A DNA stretch of 64,000 nucleotides from an uncultured archaeon (GCA_902385635.1 CABMGN010000002.1:18092-82091), one strand, 5' to 3'. Positions 37,168 to 46,188 are shown, numbered from the stretch's first letter. The notes: a model not told the origin generated them from the sequence alone. A program made the numbers and translations.

Positions 37168-38307
37168 TTAAATCTTAAATAAAGACTCTTTGCCAGTTTT
37201 CATATCCTTAACTTTAAATTGTTTTGATTTAACCTCTTCTGAGCCAACAAAAATAACTTTGTTTATGCTGTAGGAATTAGCATATTCAAGTGCTTTACTT
37301 GGTTTTCCGTAGAGGATCGTAACTACTTTTCCTGAATTTCTTAACTTTTGTGCTAGTTCGATTGCTTTTTTATCTTGTTCTAGAGAAACAATAAGATAAC
37401 TTTCTGTTTCTGAATCAATTTTTGTAATCCCGGAAAGTCTATCTAATCCTAAAGATATTCCGGTACACTGAACTGAATTAAACATGTAGCTTCCACCGGC
37501 AGTAATTGTCTCTTTCAGTTCTTTTGTTTTAACTTCAAAGACTGTTCCATTATAGTATGATAGCCCTCTCGCTAGACTTGGTTGGAATTTAATTTCTACA
37601 TTGTAAAGTTCGCAGAATTCTTTTAGTTGTTTAATTTCTTTGTAATTTTCGTATTTCTCGAAGAATTTCTCTGGTTTTTTAAAGAGTTCAAGAATATTCT
37701 TAGCATTATAGAGCATTAATTCATTGTAAACTTCTTCTTCTGGAAGTTTGTCTAGCTTGTCAATAACCTTCATTACTTTTTCTGTATTGCGGGGTTCAAC
37801 ACCTTCTTTTTCAAGAATTTCATTAAGTAACTTTCTGTTATTTACATAGATCACAAATTTTAATCCTAGCCTTTCTAGAATTTCTGAAGCTGCTGCAAGA
37901 ACTTCTGCTTCGTCTTTTACTGTTGAACCTATTGTATCAATATCACACTGCACGAACTGTCTAAATCTATTTGCTGAAACTGGCTCATCTCTGAATACTT
38001 CACCTATTTGATATCTTTTGTAGGGAAGTTTTTTGTTATTCATTAAACGTTTAATTTGAAAAGTGAATTCGTATCTTAGTGCAAGATCTCTTTTTCCCCG
38101 GTCTTGTAGTTTGAAAATATCTGAAACTGCTTCGTCATTTGAGTTTTCTCCTTTCACAAATTCTGCTTGCTCAATTATTGGAGTTTCTGCAGGTTGGAAC
38201 CCATATTTTTCAAATGTTTCAACTAGAATTTTTCTTATTTGCGCCCTTTTAAGAGCATCTTCTCCTGTGAAATCACGAAATCCTTTAACTGGTTCAAATG
38301 TTGTCAT
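37168..38307 (-). CDS. hisS: histidine--tRNA ligase (compact, 379 aa)
   Basis: PVKGFRDF, FRDEPVSANRFRQFVQCDID (class II motif 2 region), GISLGLDRL (motif 3), and a C-terminal anticodon-binding alpha/beta domain. Confidence 0.8.
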   Translation of the reverse strand: MTTFEPVKGFRDFTGEDALKRAQIRKILVETFEKYGFQPAETPIIEQAEFVKGENSNDEAVSDIFKLQDRGKRDLALRYEFTFQIKRLMNNKKLPYKRYQIGEVFRDEPVSANRFRQFVQCDIDTIGSTVKDEAEVLAAASEILERLGLKFVIYVNNRKLLNEILEKEGVEPRNTEKVMKVIDKLDKLPEEEVYNELMLYNAKNILELFKKPEKFFEKYENYKEIKQLKEFCELYNVEIKFQPSLARGLSYYNGTVFEVKTKELKETITAGGSYMFNSVQCTGISLGLDRLSGITKIDSETESYLIVSLEQDKKAIELAQKLRNSGKVVTILYGKPSKALEYANSYSINKVIFVGSEEVKSKQFKVKDMKTGKESLFKI

Positions 38308-38308
38308 T

Positions 38309-38773
38309 TTAATTTAAATCTCCCTTTAGAAGTTGGTTAACCTCTGAGTTAATCATTATGCAAGAAATTATAGAAACACAAGTAAATAAGATTCCCACGT
38401 AAATTCCTTCACTTAGAGATGGAAAAAGTTTTGTGATCTCTAGAGTTATTAATAAGCTAAAACCCGAGATAATCCAAGTAAATGCACTAATTCCACAGTT
38501 TACATCTCGTTTTTTATAGTTCTTTGGATTAAAACTCTTTAGTTCTGTTCTAATTAAAGGTCTCAGCGCCTTAATTGTCCCAAGGGTAATCATAATCAGT
38601 GAGGGGATAGTTACATACTTTACAGTGTCGGGAACAGTTAGGATGATTATATCACAGATAAATAAAATTATTAGCGGAGTTACATACTCTTTTAGCATCT
38701 TTCTTTTTTGAATCTCTTCTAGTCTAAATAACTTAAGCAGTCTTTTCATTTTAATAATTGTGAATACAATCAC
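38309..38773 (-). CDS. membrane protein (4 TM), unknown function
   Basis: Hydrophobic 154-aa ORF with a GTG start (alternative ATG 24 nt downstream). It lies immediately upstream of hisS. Confidence 0.45.
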   Translation of the reverse strand: MIVFTIIKMKRLLKLFRLEEIQKRKMLKEYVTPLIILFICDIIILTVPDTVKYVTIPSLIMITLGTIKALRPLIRTELKSFNPKNYKKRDVNCGISAFTWIISGFSLLITLEITKLFPSLSEGIYVGILFTCVSIISCIMINSEVNQLLKGDLN

Positions 38774-38792
38774 CTTCTTTAATTTTGCTAAG

Positions 38793-38864
38793 GGCGGAAA
38801 GAGGGAGTCGAACCCTCGTCACACGGACCACAACCGCGCATTCTACCGTTGAACTACATCCGCC
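38793..38864 (-). tRNA. tRNA-His (anticodon GUG) with encoded G-1
   Basis: The reverse complement reads G-1 + GCGGATG, D arm GTTC-AACGGTA-GAAT, anticodon arm CGCGG-TTGTGGT-CCGTG, T arm GAGGG-TTCGACT-CCCTC and C73. There is one T:T mismatch in the acceptor stem. Confidence 0.85.
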
Positions 38865-39038
38865 ATTGTTTAAACTAAATGAGAATGGTTTTAAAATGTT
38901 CTTAGAAACAAATGCGCAGCTATTAAAATCCTTCAGTGGATTAATGAATACATGCTCTCATTGAAGAGGCTGATTCTTTAGCTGTCATGAAATAGTGAGA
39001 TAAACATAATTTTTAAACTTAACTGTATTACGTAGTTT

Positions 39039-40226
39039 ATGAAACAAAAGTATGAATTACTTGCTCCTGCGGGAGATATGTCTTGTTTAGTTGCTGCAGT
39101 AAACGCTGGCGCAGATAGTGTTTATCTTGGATTGAAAGAATTTAGTATGAGGGCTACGGCTAGGAACTTCTCTATAAAAGAACTTGAAGAGGTGAGAAAG
39201 ATTTGTAAGGAACACAAAGTTAAAATCTACCTTACAGTTAATACTATAATCTATCAAGATGAGTTAAAGAAAATAGAGAAAATTCTCCAAGAAATAAAAA
39301 AGAAGAAACTTGTTGATGCTGTTATCTGTTGGGATTTAAGTGTTGTAGAACTATGTAAGAAGCTAAAGATTTCTTTTCATATTTCAACTCAAGCAAGTAT
39401 TTCCAACTCTTCTTCTGCTAATTTTTATAAAAAACTTGGCGCAGAAAGGGTTGTTTTGGCTAGAGAACTAAGTTTAAAGCAGATAAAAGAGCTAATTAAG
39501 AAAACAAAAGTTCAGGTTGAAACATTTTGCCACGGAGCTTTATGTGTTTCTGAATCGGGGAGGTGTTTTACTTCTCAATTTTTATTTAATAAATCTGCAA
39601 ATAGGGGAGAGTGTTTACAACCGTGTAGGAGAACTTATACTATCAGAGATGAAGATAATAACGAATTGAAACTAGAAAACAATCGTGTTATGTCTCCAAA
39701 AGATCTTTGTACTTTGCCTTTTATTGAGAAAATGAAAGCTGCAGGAATAAAAGCTTACAAAATTGAAGGCCGAAATAGAGACGCAAGGTATGTTGATTCT
39801 GTTGTTAGAGTTTATAGAAAAGCGTTAGATAAGAAATTAACTCGGAAAGAAGTAGAAGAAGGATTAAAAGAACTGGATAAAGTTTATCACCGGGGTTTTT
39901 CATCTGGTTTTTTCTTAGGAACTCCAACAAATGATGATTTCTCAAAGCAGGAAAATTCTTCTTCAAAAGAGAAGAAACACTTTGTGGGTAAAGTTGTTCA
40001 TTTTTTCCCAAATGTTTCTGTTGCTGCAATCAAAGTCTCCTCAGAATTTAAAGTCGGCGAAGAGTTAATCTTCTTAGGAGATAAAACCGGCGTTGTAAGA
40101 GAGAAAGTTGTAAGAATTGAAATCAACAGAAAGCCTGTAGACAAAGCAGAAAAAGGTCAGGAAGTTGGAATTAAGGTTTCCTCTGCTGTGAAAGTTGGGG
40201 ATGAAGTTTATAAAATAGTAAGATAG
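39039..40226 (+). CDS. peptidase U32 family protein
   Basis: ELLAPAGDMSCLVAAVNAGADSVYLGLKEFSMRA at the N-terminus, and the E..CHGALCVSESGRC motif. Confidence 0.85.
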   Translation: MKQKYELLAPAGDMSCLVAAVNAGADSVYLGLKEFSMRATARNFSIKELEEVRKICKEHKVKIYLTVNTIIYQDELKKIEKILQEIKKKKLVDAVICWDLSVVELCKKLKISFHISTQASISNSSSANFYKKLGAERVVLARELSLKQIKELIKKTKVQVETFCHGALCVSESGRCFTSQFLFNKSANRGECLQPCRRTYTIRDEDNNELKLENNRVMSPKDLCTLPFIEKMKAAGIKAYKIEGRNRDARYVDSVVRVYRKALDKKLTRKEVEEGLKELDKVYHRGFSSGFFLGTPTNDDFSKQENSSSKEKKHFVGKVVHFFPNVSVAAIKVSSEFKVGEELIFLGDKTGVVREKVVRIEINRKPVDKAEKGQEVGIKVSSAVKVGDEVYKIVR

Positions 40227-40282
40227 TTTTCACTAGTTCTTAAAAAAATAAAGAAAGAGAAAATAAAAAAATAAATCTAATT

Positions 40283-40717
40283 TTAAGCTGCTGGATACTT
40301 AGCTATTGCGGGGCAATAGTGCTTTACATTAGCTGAATCCAAGAAGTACCATCTAATTGCAACACTTGCCGGACTTGCTGGGCAACTTGCACCAGTAGCC
40401 GTTGATGTAGCAACAGTACCTATATTTCCGGGATAATCATACTCTGTTCCAGTAGTTGTACCACTAATAGTAATACTTGTACCATTAATTGCTTCTCCTG
40501 AAGAAGTAGAAGATCTTTCAAGAGTAACTGCACAGGCTGTTAACTTTGTTGGTTTGAGATCAATTCCGAAACACTTTTGGTTGTAATCGATAGTATTTGC
40601 TTGTTTACTAATCACATTCTGAACAACAACCCAAATAACCCCAACTGCAACTAGGACTAAAGCTATCATGATAACAGTCATAACTGCTTCTGACAAACCT
40701 CTCTTATTTTTTAACAT
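40283..40717 (-). CDS. archaeal type IV pilin-like protein (class III signal peptide)
   Basis: MLKNKRG/LSEAVMTVIMIALVLVAVGVIWVV fits the prepilin peptidase site plus hydrophobic N-helix. The mature part is Thr/Ser/Gly-rich. AGGAGG lies 9 nt upstream of the ATG. Confidence 0.7.
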   Translation of the reverse strand: MLKNKRGLSEAVMTVIMIALVLVAVGVIWVVVQNVISKQANTIDYNQKCFGIDLKPTKLTACAVTLERSSTSSGEAINGTSITISGTTTGTEYDYPGNIGTVATSTATGASCPASPASVAIRWYFLDSANVKHYCPAIAKYPAA

Positions 40718-40861
40718 ATTTTTTTAACCTCCTTTCACTGATTTTGAATCTCATCGAAAAACCGATGATTTGTCTTTCTGATATTCATAAGTACTTAGGG
40801 TTATAAAAAGGTTTTGCTAACAAAGTTTATAAATTTGAAATTCTAGGTAAATTAAAGAAAG

Positions 40862-41251
40862 ATGGTGCCAAAAACAGTTAAGGCGTGCAAACTTGTTCCG
40901 GCAGTGACTGTTGGAATAAATGACAATGCCATTGAGGTTGCGAAAAAGCTTCATCATTTTCAGGAAAGAAGAATTTTTGTTATTAACGAAAAAAAGTCTC
41001 CAATTGGAATTATTTCTTTAGTAGATATTAATGATCGGGTTGTTGCGAAAGGAAAAGATTTGAAAAAAACAAAAGCAAAAGATATAATGACTTATCCCTT
41101 ACATTTAATTCTTGACGTAAATGAGCTTCTAAATACTGCTATGAAAAAGATGGTTCTGAAAGATAATTTTTATGTTCCTGTTACAGAAAAAGGTGTTTTG
41201 AAAGGACTTTTAACTTACTCTAGTGTAATTAAATGCATGAAGAAAGAGTAA
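40862..41251 (+). CDS. CBS-pair domain protein
   Basis: Two CBS repeats are present (IFVINEKKSPIGIISLVDI; YVPVTEKGVLKGLLTYSSVI). Confidence 0.8.
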   Translation: MVPKTVKACKLVPAVTVGINDNAIEVAKKLHHFQERRIFVINEKKSPIGIISLVDINDRVVAKGKDLKKTKAKDIMTYPLHLILDVNELLNTAMKKMVLKDNFYVPVTEKGVLKGLLTYSSVIKCMKKE

Positions 41252-41252
41252 G

Positions 41253-42089
41253 ATGGTTTCTAAACTAGAACGATTAAGCGAAGACGAATATCCTTCACGA
41301 CCCCATTTAGAAAGTCTTGATTTGGGAGAGGATAATCTTGCATTAGGTATAGAGGCTGCAGCTAGGAATAATCCTGCTTTAATGGAATTAATGGCTTCTG
41401 AAAGATTAGACCCAAAAACAAAAAAGGCTTTGTATGAAACTTTGAGAAGATATAGCCAGAGTGTTTCAGAACATCCGCAGGTTAGGAGAACTCTTCTTGC
41501 ACAAGATATGCACCAGGGAGCAAGATATCTTCCTGAAGGGGTTGATGCTAGGGCTGCTTTGAGTCGTGGAATTTATGATAAACCCGGAAGGCACATGCAA
41601 TATCCGTATGTAAACTCGGTATTTGGCGAAGAAGAGACAGACAAAAAAAGTGCAAAGAAAAAAACAGAAGGATTCTTAAAATATATGCTTAAAGAAGGTT
41701 GGCCTGTGGGTGTAGGTGGTGCTGGCTGGTTAATGGCAGATAACTGGTATAAAGAAAAAATGAAACAAGGTCTTCTAAAAAGAATTGGTGGAAGAGTTGT
41801 TAAGAATTGGTGGGGAAATTTAGGAAATCCTATGTATGGTGCCGCAAAAACTGTTGGTGGCTCTCTGGCTGAGGAAGGAGCACTAGGTATTTGGGGGGCT
41901 ATTAGCACACCTTTAATGTACTCTTTAGGAGCATACGCTCTTTACAAAACAGCTAAGTATTTCTTAAAGAGGAGAAAGGAGAAGAAGATAGAAGCAGCAA
42001 GGCAAGAAAGGTGGGAAAATCTTAGAAGAGATGCTATGATGCAAAATCAAATGTTTATGCAAAATTTACCTCTGGAGGAAGCTGCATAA
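41253..42089 (+). CDS. hypothetical protein, Gly/Trp-rich amphipathic/TM C-terminal half
   Basis: 278-aa ORF starting 2 nt after the CBS gene. It contains GWPVGVGGAGWLMADNWY...GALGIWGAISTPLMYSLGAYALY. No family recognised. Confidence 0.5.
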   Translation: MVSKLERLSEDEYPSRPHLESLDLGEDNLALGIEAAARNNPALMELMASERLDPKTKKALYETLRRYSQSVSEHPQVRRTLLAQDMHQGARYLPEGVDARAALSRGIYDKPGRHMQYPYVNSVFGEEETDKKSAKKKTEGFLKYMLKEGWPVGVGGAGWLMADNWYKEKMKQGLLKRIGGRVVKNWWGNLGNPMYGAAKTVGGSLAEEGALGIWGAISTPLMYSLGAYALYKTAKYFLKRRKEKKIEAARQERWENLRRDAMMQNQMFMQNLPLEEAA

Positions 42090-42670
42090 TGGGAAAGTAT
42101 ATTGCATTTGAAAAGGGAAAGAGGTTAGAGAAAACAAAAACACTTGGGAAAGCTGCAGGAAAAATCTTACCTCTTTTTGCTAAGGATAGTGTTTCTGATT
42201 TTACTGATGAAATTTTAAGAGAAGATGAGTATTTGAGAAATCTTGTATTACAAAATCCAGACTATCGTGGTTTATTAGAACAACATGTTTCGGACCAATT
42301 CAAAAAATATAAGGGAGTTCTTACTGGAGCAAAATTAGTTGATAGTTGGGATAGAGTTACAAGCGCAATTGGAATGGCTGCTGAAGTTTTTCCGGGTCTA
42401 GGAACTTTAGTTGATGAAGGAGAGGAACTTGTAGAATTAATCCCAAAAGGAATTTATGCTGTACATTATGTTCATAAAACAAAAGATTGGAAAGCACCGA
42501 TTTACTGGACTGCTGCAGAAGCTGCATCATTTATTCCAATTGTAGGAGATGCCATTGATATGACTAATATTTATGTAAACAGGGCTAGAAAAGTTACAAA
42601 GGATGCTGTAAAAAAAGAATTCAGAAAAACTGTTACTCAACCTTCTAGATTAGAAAGATTAGCTGCTTAA
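42089..42670 (+). CDS. hypothetical protein (contains IPIVGD motif)
   Basis: Its start overlaps the previous stop (TAATG). 193 aa. No family recognised. Its 3' end overlaps the convergent gltX stop by 4 nt. Confidence 0.5.
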   Translation: MGKYIAFEKGKRLEKTKTLGKAAGKILPLFAKDSVSDFTDEILREDEYLRNLVLQNPDYRGLLEQHVSDQFKKYKGVLTGAKLVDSWDRVTSAIGMAAEVFPGLGTLVDEGEELVELIPKGIYAVHYVHKTKDWKAPIYWTAAEAASFIPIVGDAIDMTNIYVNRARKVTKDAVKKEFRKTVTQPSRLERLAA

Positions 42671-43878
42671 ATTTCTGAATTAAATTTATCTAGCTGGGTG
42701 AAAAAATCTTTTGCTGACATTACCTTATCAACGTCAGTTAAACCTCTTTGTTCTGCTAACTTTGCGAATGCTTCTGGTTTGTATCCTCTTTTTCTTAGGG
42801 ATGCAACAGTCGGAATCCTTTCGTCTTCTGCACCTTCAAATTCTCCTGCTTTAATTGCTGCAATAAGTTTTCTCTTTGAAAGTATTACGTCCGTGAATTT
42901 TATTCTTCCCATAAAAAATGTCCAGGGAAAACTTTTTTCTTTTCCGAATGATTTGTAAATCATTTTTTGTCTTTCTGCATTATCTCTGTGATCTTTTCCT
43001 CTAATTATATGAGTCATCCCAAGATCCATATCATCTGAAGCAACAACGAGATTCATTAAAGGCCAGACGCGATATTTATTTTTTTGAATTGGGTGTATGT
43101 GAAGACTTACTCTTGCAAGAGGGAAATCTCTCATTGCGGGATTTGGATGTTTCATATCTGATTTAAATCTAAGAACAGATTCACCTTCTTTAAATCCTTT
43201 TTTATCTAACATCTTTTTCCATAATTCTTGGTGTTTTTTTACTGAAAGATTTCTGCAAGGACAATCTTTTTTTTCTTCGGCTAATTTTTTAAATTCTTCT
43301 TGAGAACAAGTACAGACATATGCATCACCTTTCTTTAATAATTTTTCAGCATTTTTATAGTAAAGATCCATTCTATCTGAAGAGTTGAGATATTTGTAGA
43401 CGTTTCCAAAAGCCCAATCACAATCTACCTTAATGTTTTTATAGGCTTCTGAAAGAGCTGTTGAGGGGTCAGTATCATCGATAACTATGTAGAATTTTCC
43501 TCCGTACTTTTTAACATAAAGTGAATTGATTACATTAGAAACCAAGTGACCTATGTGCATCGGTCCAGAAGGAGCAGGTCTAAATCTCATAATAACTCCT
43601 GTTTTCTTTACATCAGGTAATTCTGGAAGCCCTTCTCTTTGTTCTCTTTCTGAAACTTGAGATTCTAGTTTAGAGAACTCCTCTTTTTGTTTATCTAACG
43701 GAAGTTTATTTACGTCTGCGACAATTTGAGAGATTATTTTCGCTACCTTCGGCATTTCTGACTTTTCCAACCCTTCATGGAACAAAGAAGAAATAACTGC
43801 ACCTTGGTTTGCTTTTCCGTTGTAGTGGATTGCGTTTTTCAGTGCGTATGCTTTTGCTTTTTTCTCTAAATCTTTCAT
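42667..43878 (-). CDS. gltX: glutamate--tRNA ligase catalytic core, lacking the C-terminal anticodon-binding domain
   Basis: Archaeal-type N-extension (YALKNAIHYNGKANQGAVISSL), HIGH motif PSGPMHIGH, IDDTDP, THIIRGKDH and the ILSKRKL loop. The protein ends about 75 aa later, at 403 aa. Confidence 0.8.
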   Translation of the reverse strand: MKDLEKKAKAYALKNAIHYNGKANQGAVISSLFHEGLEKSEMPKVAKIISQIVADVNKLPLDKQKEEFSKLESQVSEREQREGLPELPDVKKTGVIMRFRPAPSGPMHIGHLVSNVINSLYVKKYGGKFYIVIDDTDPSTALSEAYKNIKVDCDWAFGNVYKYLNSSDRMDLYYKNAEKLLKKGDAYVCTCSQEEFKKLAEEKKDCPCRNLSVKKHQELWKKMLDKKGFKEGESVLRFKSDMKHPNPAMRDFPLARVSLHIHPIQKNKYRVWPLMNLVVASDDMDLGMTHIIRGKDHRDNAERQKMIYKSFGKEKSFPWTFFMGRIKFTDVILSKRKLIAAIKAGEFEGAEDERIPTVASLRKRGYKPEAFAKLAEQRGLTDVDKVMSAKDFFTQLDKFNSEI

Positions 43879-43921
43879 AAAATAGAGAAAAGAACGGGAT
43901 TTATTAATTTATTCTTAGACT

Positions 43922-44230
43922 TCAGTAGTAGTTTAGAGAACGATTGCTTGCTTTTCTGAAATGCCTATTCTTCTCTCTGTATGCAGCAACAACTGTAAAG
44001 TAAACCAGGAAAACGAAGATAAATAGGGTCTGGGCAAGCATCATCCAGATATCTTCTAGTGCGTAGAAGTAAATTAAGAAGAAAACTCCGGCAATTAGCC
44101 TTACGCCACAACCTATTAAAGAAACATCTTCTGAAGATTCCCTAGAAGAAACTCTAAAAATTTGTAGTAATGAATCTATAGAAAGTGCAAAGAAAGCTGC
44201 AATAAAAAACCCGTATATCACCGAATCCAT
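43922..44230 (-). CDS. small membrane protein (3 TM)
   Basis: Hydrophobic 102-aa ORF. No family recognised. Confidence 0.45.
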   Translation of the reverse strand: MDSVIYGFFIAAFFALSIDSLLQIFRVSSRESSEDVSLIGCGVRLIAGVFFLIYFYALEDIWMMLAQTLFIFVFLVYFTVVAAYREKNRHFRKASNRSLNYY

Positions 44231-44281
44231 AAATTAAAGGGCAATTTTGAAAATATAAAGATTTAGCTTGTAGGAGATATA

Positions 44282-44632
44282 TTATTTATCTTGAAGCTTT
44301 CTCTCTAAATATTCTATTCTTTGCTCAAGTTTGTAAATTTGGTTTGAAAGATCTTCTAGTTGAGTGGTCATTGTAGAAAGTCTTTGGGCTAATTTGCTTC
44401 TTCTTTCTTCAGGAGAGTCTTCTTCGGTTGAGGGGCTTGAGTAGCTAGAGCTACTTGAAGATCCTCCTCCAAAAAAACCACCTAGAAATCCTCCAGCTGT
44501 TGAATCTTGTGTTGTTGAAGAGCTAGAACTAGATGTAGAACTTGAAGAAGTTGCTTTAGGTTTAGAAGGTTTCCTTTTAACACCTCGTAAATCCATTATC
44601 TCGTCTTTGTATGATGAACCAAACCACCCCAT
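44282..44632 (-). CDS. Ser-rich low-complexity protein with C-terminal coiled coil
   Basis: Ser/Thr/Gly runs (TSSSSTSSSSSSTT, GGFLGGFFGGGSSSSSS) are followed by the heptad-like LSTMTTQLEDLSNQIYKLEQRIEYLERKLQ. Confidence 0.45.
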   Translation of the reverse strand: MGWFGSSYKDEIMDLRGVKRKPSKPKATSSSSTSSSSSSTTQDSTAGGFLGGFFGGGSSSSSSYSSPSTEEDSPEERRSKLAQRLSTMTTQLEDLSNQIYKLEQRIEYLERKLQDK

Positions 44633-44677
44633 AATTATTACAGTTTTTTGATATTTTTAAATTGTTCGACAGAGATT

Positions 44678-44688
44678 AAATTTATATA
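44678..44688 (+). promoter_or_regulatory. TATA-box-like element upstream of RuBisCO
   Basis: AAATTTATATA lies 22-32 nt upstream of ATG 44710. Confidence 0.45.
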
Positions 44689-44709
44689 TTGTTTTTTCCT
44701 AGAGCATAT

Positions 44710-46188
44710 ATGAAAAAGAGTGTGAAGAAAACTGTTCCTAAATCTAATTATCATGCTCTTTTGAAAACACTAAATCCACATCAGCAAGCGTATATTAGTC
44801 TTGATTTGGAAGGTGCAAAAAATGGAGAATATATGTTATGTGTTTTTCATATGGTTCCGAGAAAGGGGCTTAATTCTCTACAAGCTGCGTGTGAAGTTGC
44901 TGCAGAGTCTTCTACAGGAACAAATTTCTTAGTTAAGACAGAAACACCCTTCTCTAAAAAGATGAATGCTCTTGTTTACAAACTTGATCTTCAAAAAAGT
45001 CTTGTTTGGATTGCTTACCCTTGGAGATTATTTGACCGCGGAGGGAATATTCAGAATATTTTAACTTACATTGTCGGAAATGTTTTAGGAATGAAAGAGG
45101 TTTCTGAGTTAAAACTTCTTGATGTCTGGTTTCCTCCAACAATGATTGAACAGTATGATGGTCCAAATTACACTTTAGATGATATGAGAAAGTACTTGGG
45201 GGTTTACAAAAGACCAATTCTTGGGACAATAATCAAACCAAAAATGGGCTTGACTTCTTCGGAATATGCTGAAGTTTGTTATGACTTCTGGGTTGGGGGC
45301 GGAGACTTTGTAAAGAACGACGAACCTCAAGCTAATCAAGATTTTTGTCCGTATGATAAAATGGTTAAGTATGTTAAAGAAGCAATGGACCGAGCGGTTA
45401 AAGAAACTGGAAAGAAGAAGGTTCACTCCTTTAATGTTTCTGCCTCAGATTATGAGACAATGATTCAGAGATGTGAGATGATTAAGAACGCAGGTTTTGA
45501 AAAGGGTAGTTATGCTTTTCTTATTGACGGCATTACTGCGGGGTGGATGGCTGTTCAAACTTTGAGAAGGAAGTATCCCGATGTTTTCATACACTTTCAC
45601 AGAGCAAGTCACGGGGCATATACAAGAAAAGAAAACCCTATTGGCTTTTCTGTTTTAGTTCTGTCTAAGTTCGCACGATTAGCTGGGGCTTCTGGAATTC
45701 ACACAGGAACTGCCGGAGTTGGAAAAATGGCTGGAAGTCCGGAAGAAGATATTATTGCAGCTAAAAACATTTTACAATTTGTTGCAAAGGGTCACTTTTT
45801 TGACCAGTCTTGGGGGAGGATACCTGGGAGAGATAAGGATGCAATAAAGATAGTTCACGAAGATCACGCTCATCACGTAATCTTAGAACATGATAGTTGG
45901 AGGGGAGTAAAGAAGTGCTGTCCGATAATTTCTGGGGGGTTAAACCCAACTTTGTTGAAACCATTTATTGATGTCATGGGAGGTGTTGATTTTATTACAA
46001 CCATGGGCGCAGGTTGTCATGCTCACCCGAAAGGAACACAGGCTGGAGCAAGGGCTTTAGTTCAGGCATGTGAAGCTTACCAGAAGAAAATTGACATTCA
46101 CAAGTATGCAAAGACCCATAAAGAGTTAGCCGAAGCTATTGAATTCTTTGAGAAAAAAGGAACAGAGAGAAAAGTTGAGAGTGCTTGA
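44710..46188 (+). CDS. rbcL: ribulose-1,5-bisphosphate carboxylase large subunit, archaeal form III / II-III-like
   Basis: GTIIKPKMGL, GGGDFVKNDEPQ (carbamylated Lys), HFHRASHGAY, GIHTGTAGVGKMAG (loop 6 Lys), PIISGGLNP and GAGCHAHP. ATG 44710 is preferred over the track TTG at 44689. Confidence 0.9.
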   Translation: MKKSVKKTVPKSNYHALLKTLNPHQQAYISLDLEGAKNGEYMLCVFHMVPRKGLNSLQAACEVAAESSTGTNFLVKTETPFSKKMNALVYKLDLQKSLVWIAYPWRLFDRGGNIQNILTYIVGNVLGMKEVSELKLLDVWFPPTMIEQYDGPNYTLDDMRKYLGVYKRPILGTIIKPKMGLTSSEYAEVCYDFWVGGGDFVKNDEPQANQDFCPYDKMVKYVKEAMDRAVKETGKKKVHSFNVSASDYETMIQRCEMIKNAGFEKGSYAFLIDGITAGWMAVQTLRRKYPDVFIHFHRASHGAYTRKENPIGFSVLVLSKFARLAGASGIHTGTAGVGKMAGSPEEDIIAAKNILQFVAKGHFFDQSWGRIPGRDKDAIKIVHEDHAHHVILEHDSWRGVKKCCPIISGGLNPTLLKPFIDVMGGVDFITTMGAGCHAHPKGTQAGARALVQACEAYQKKIDIHKYAKTHKELAEAIEFFEKKGTERKVESA

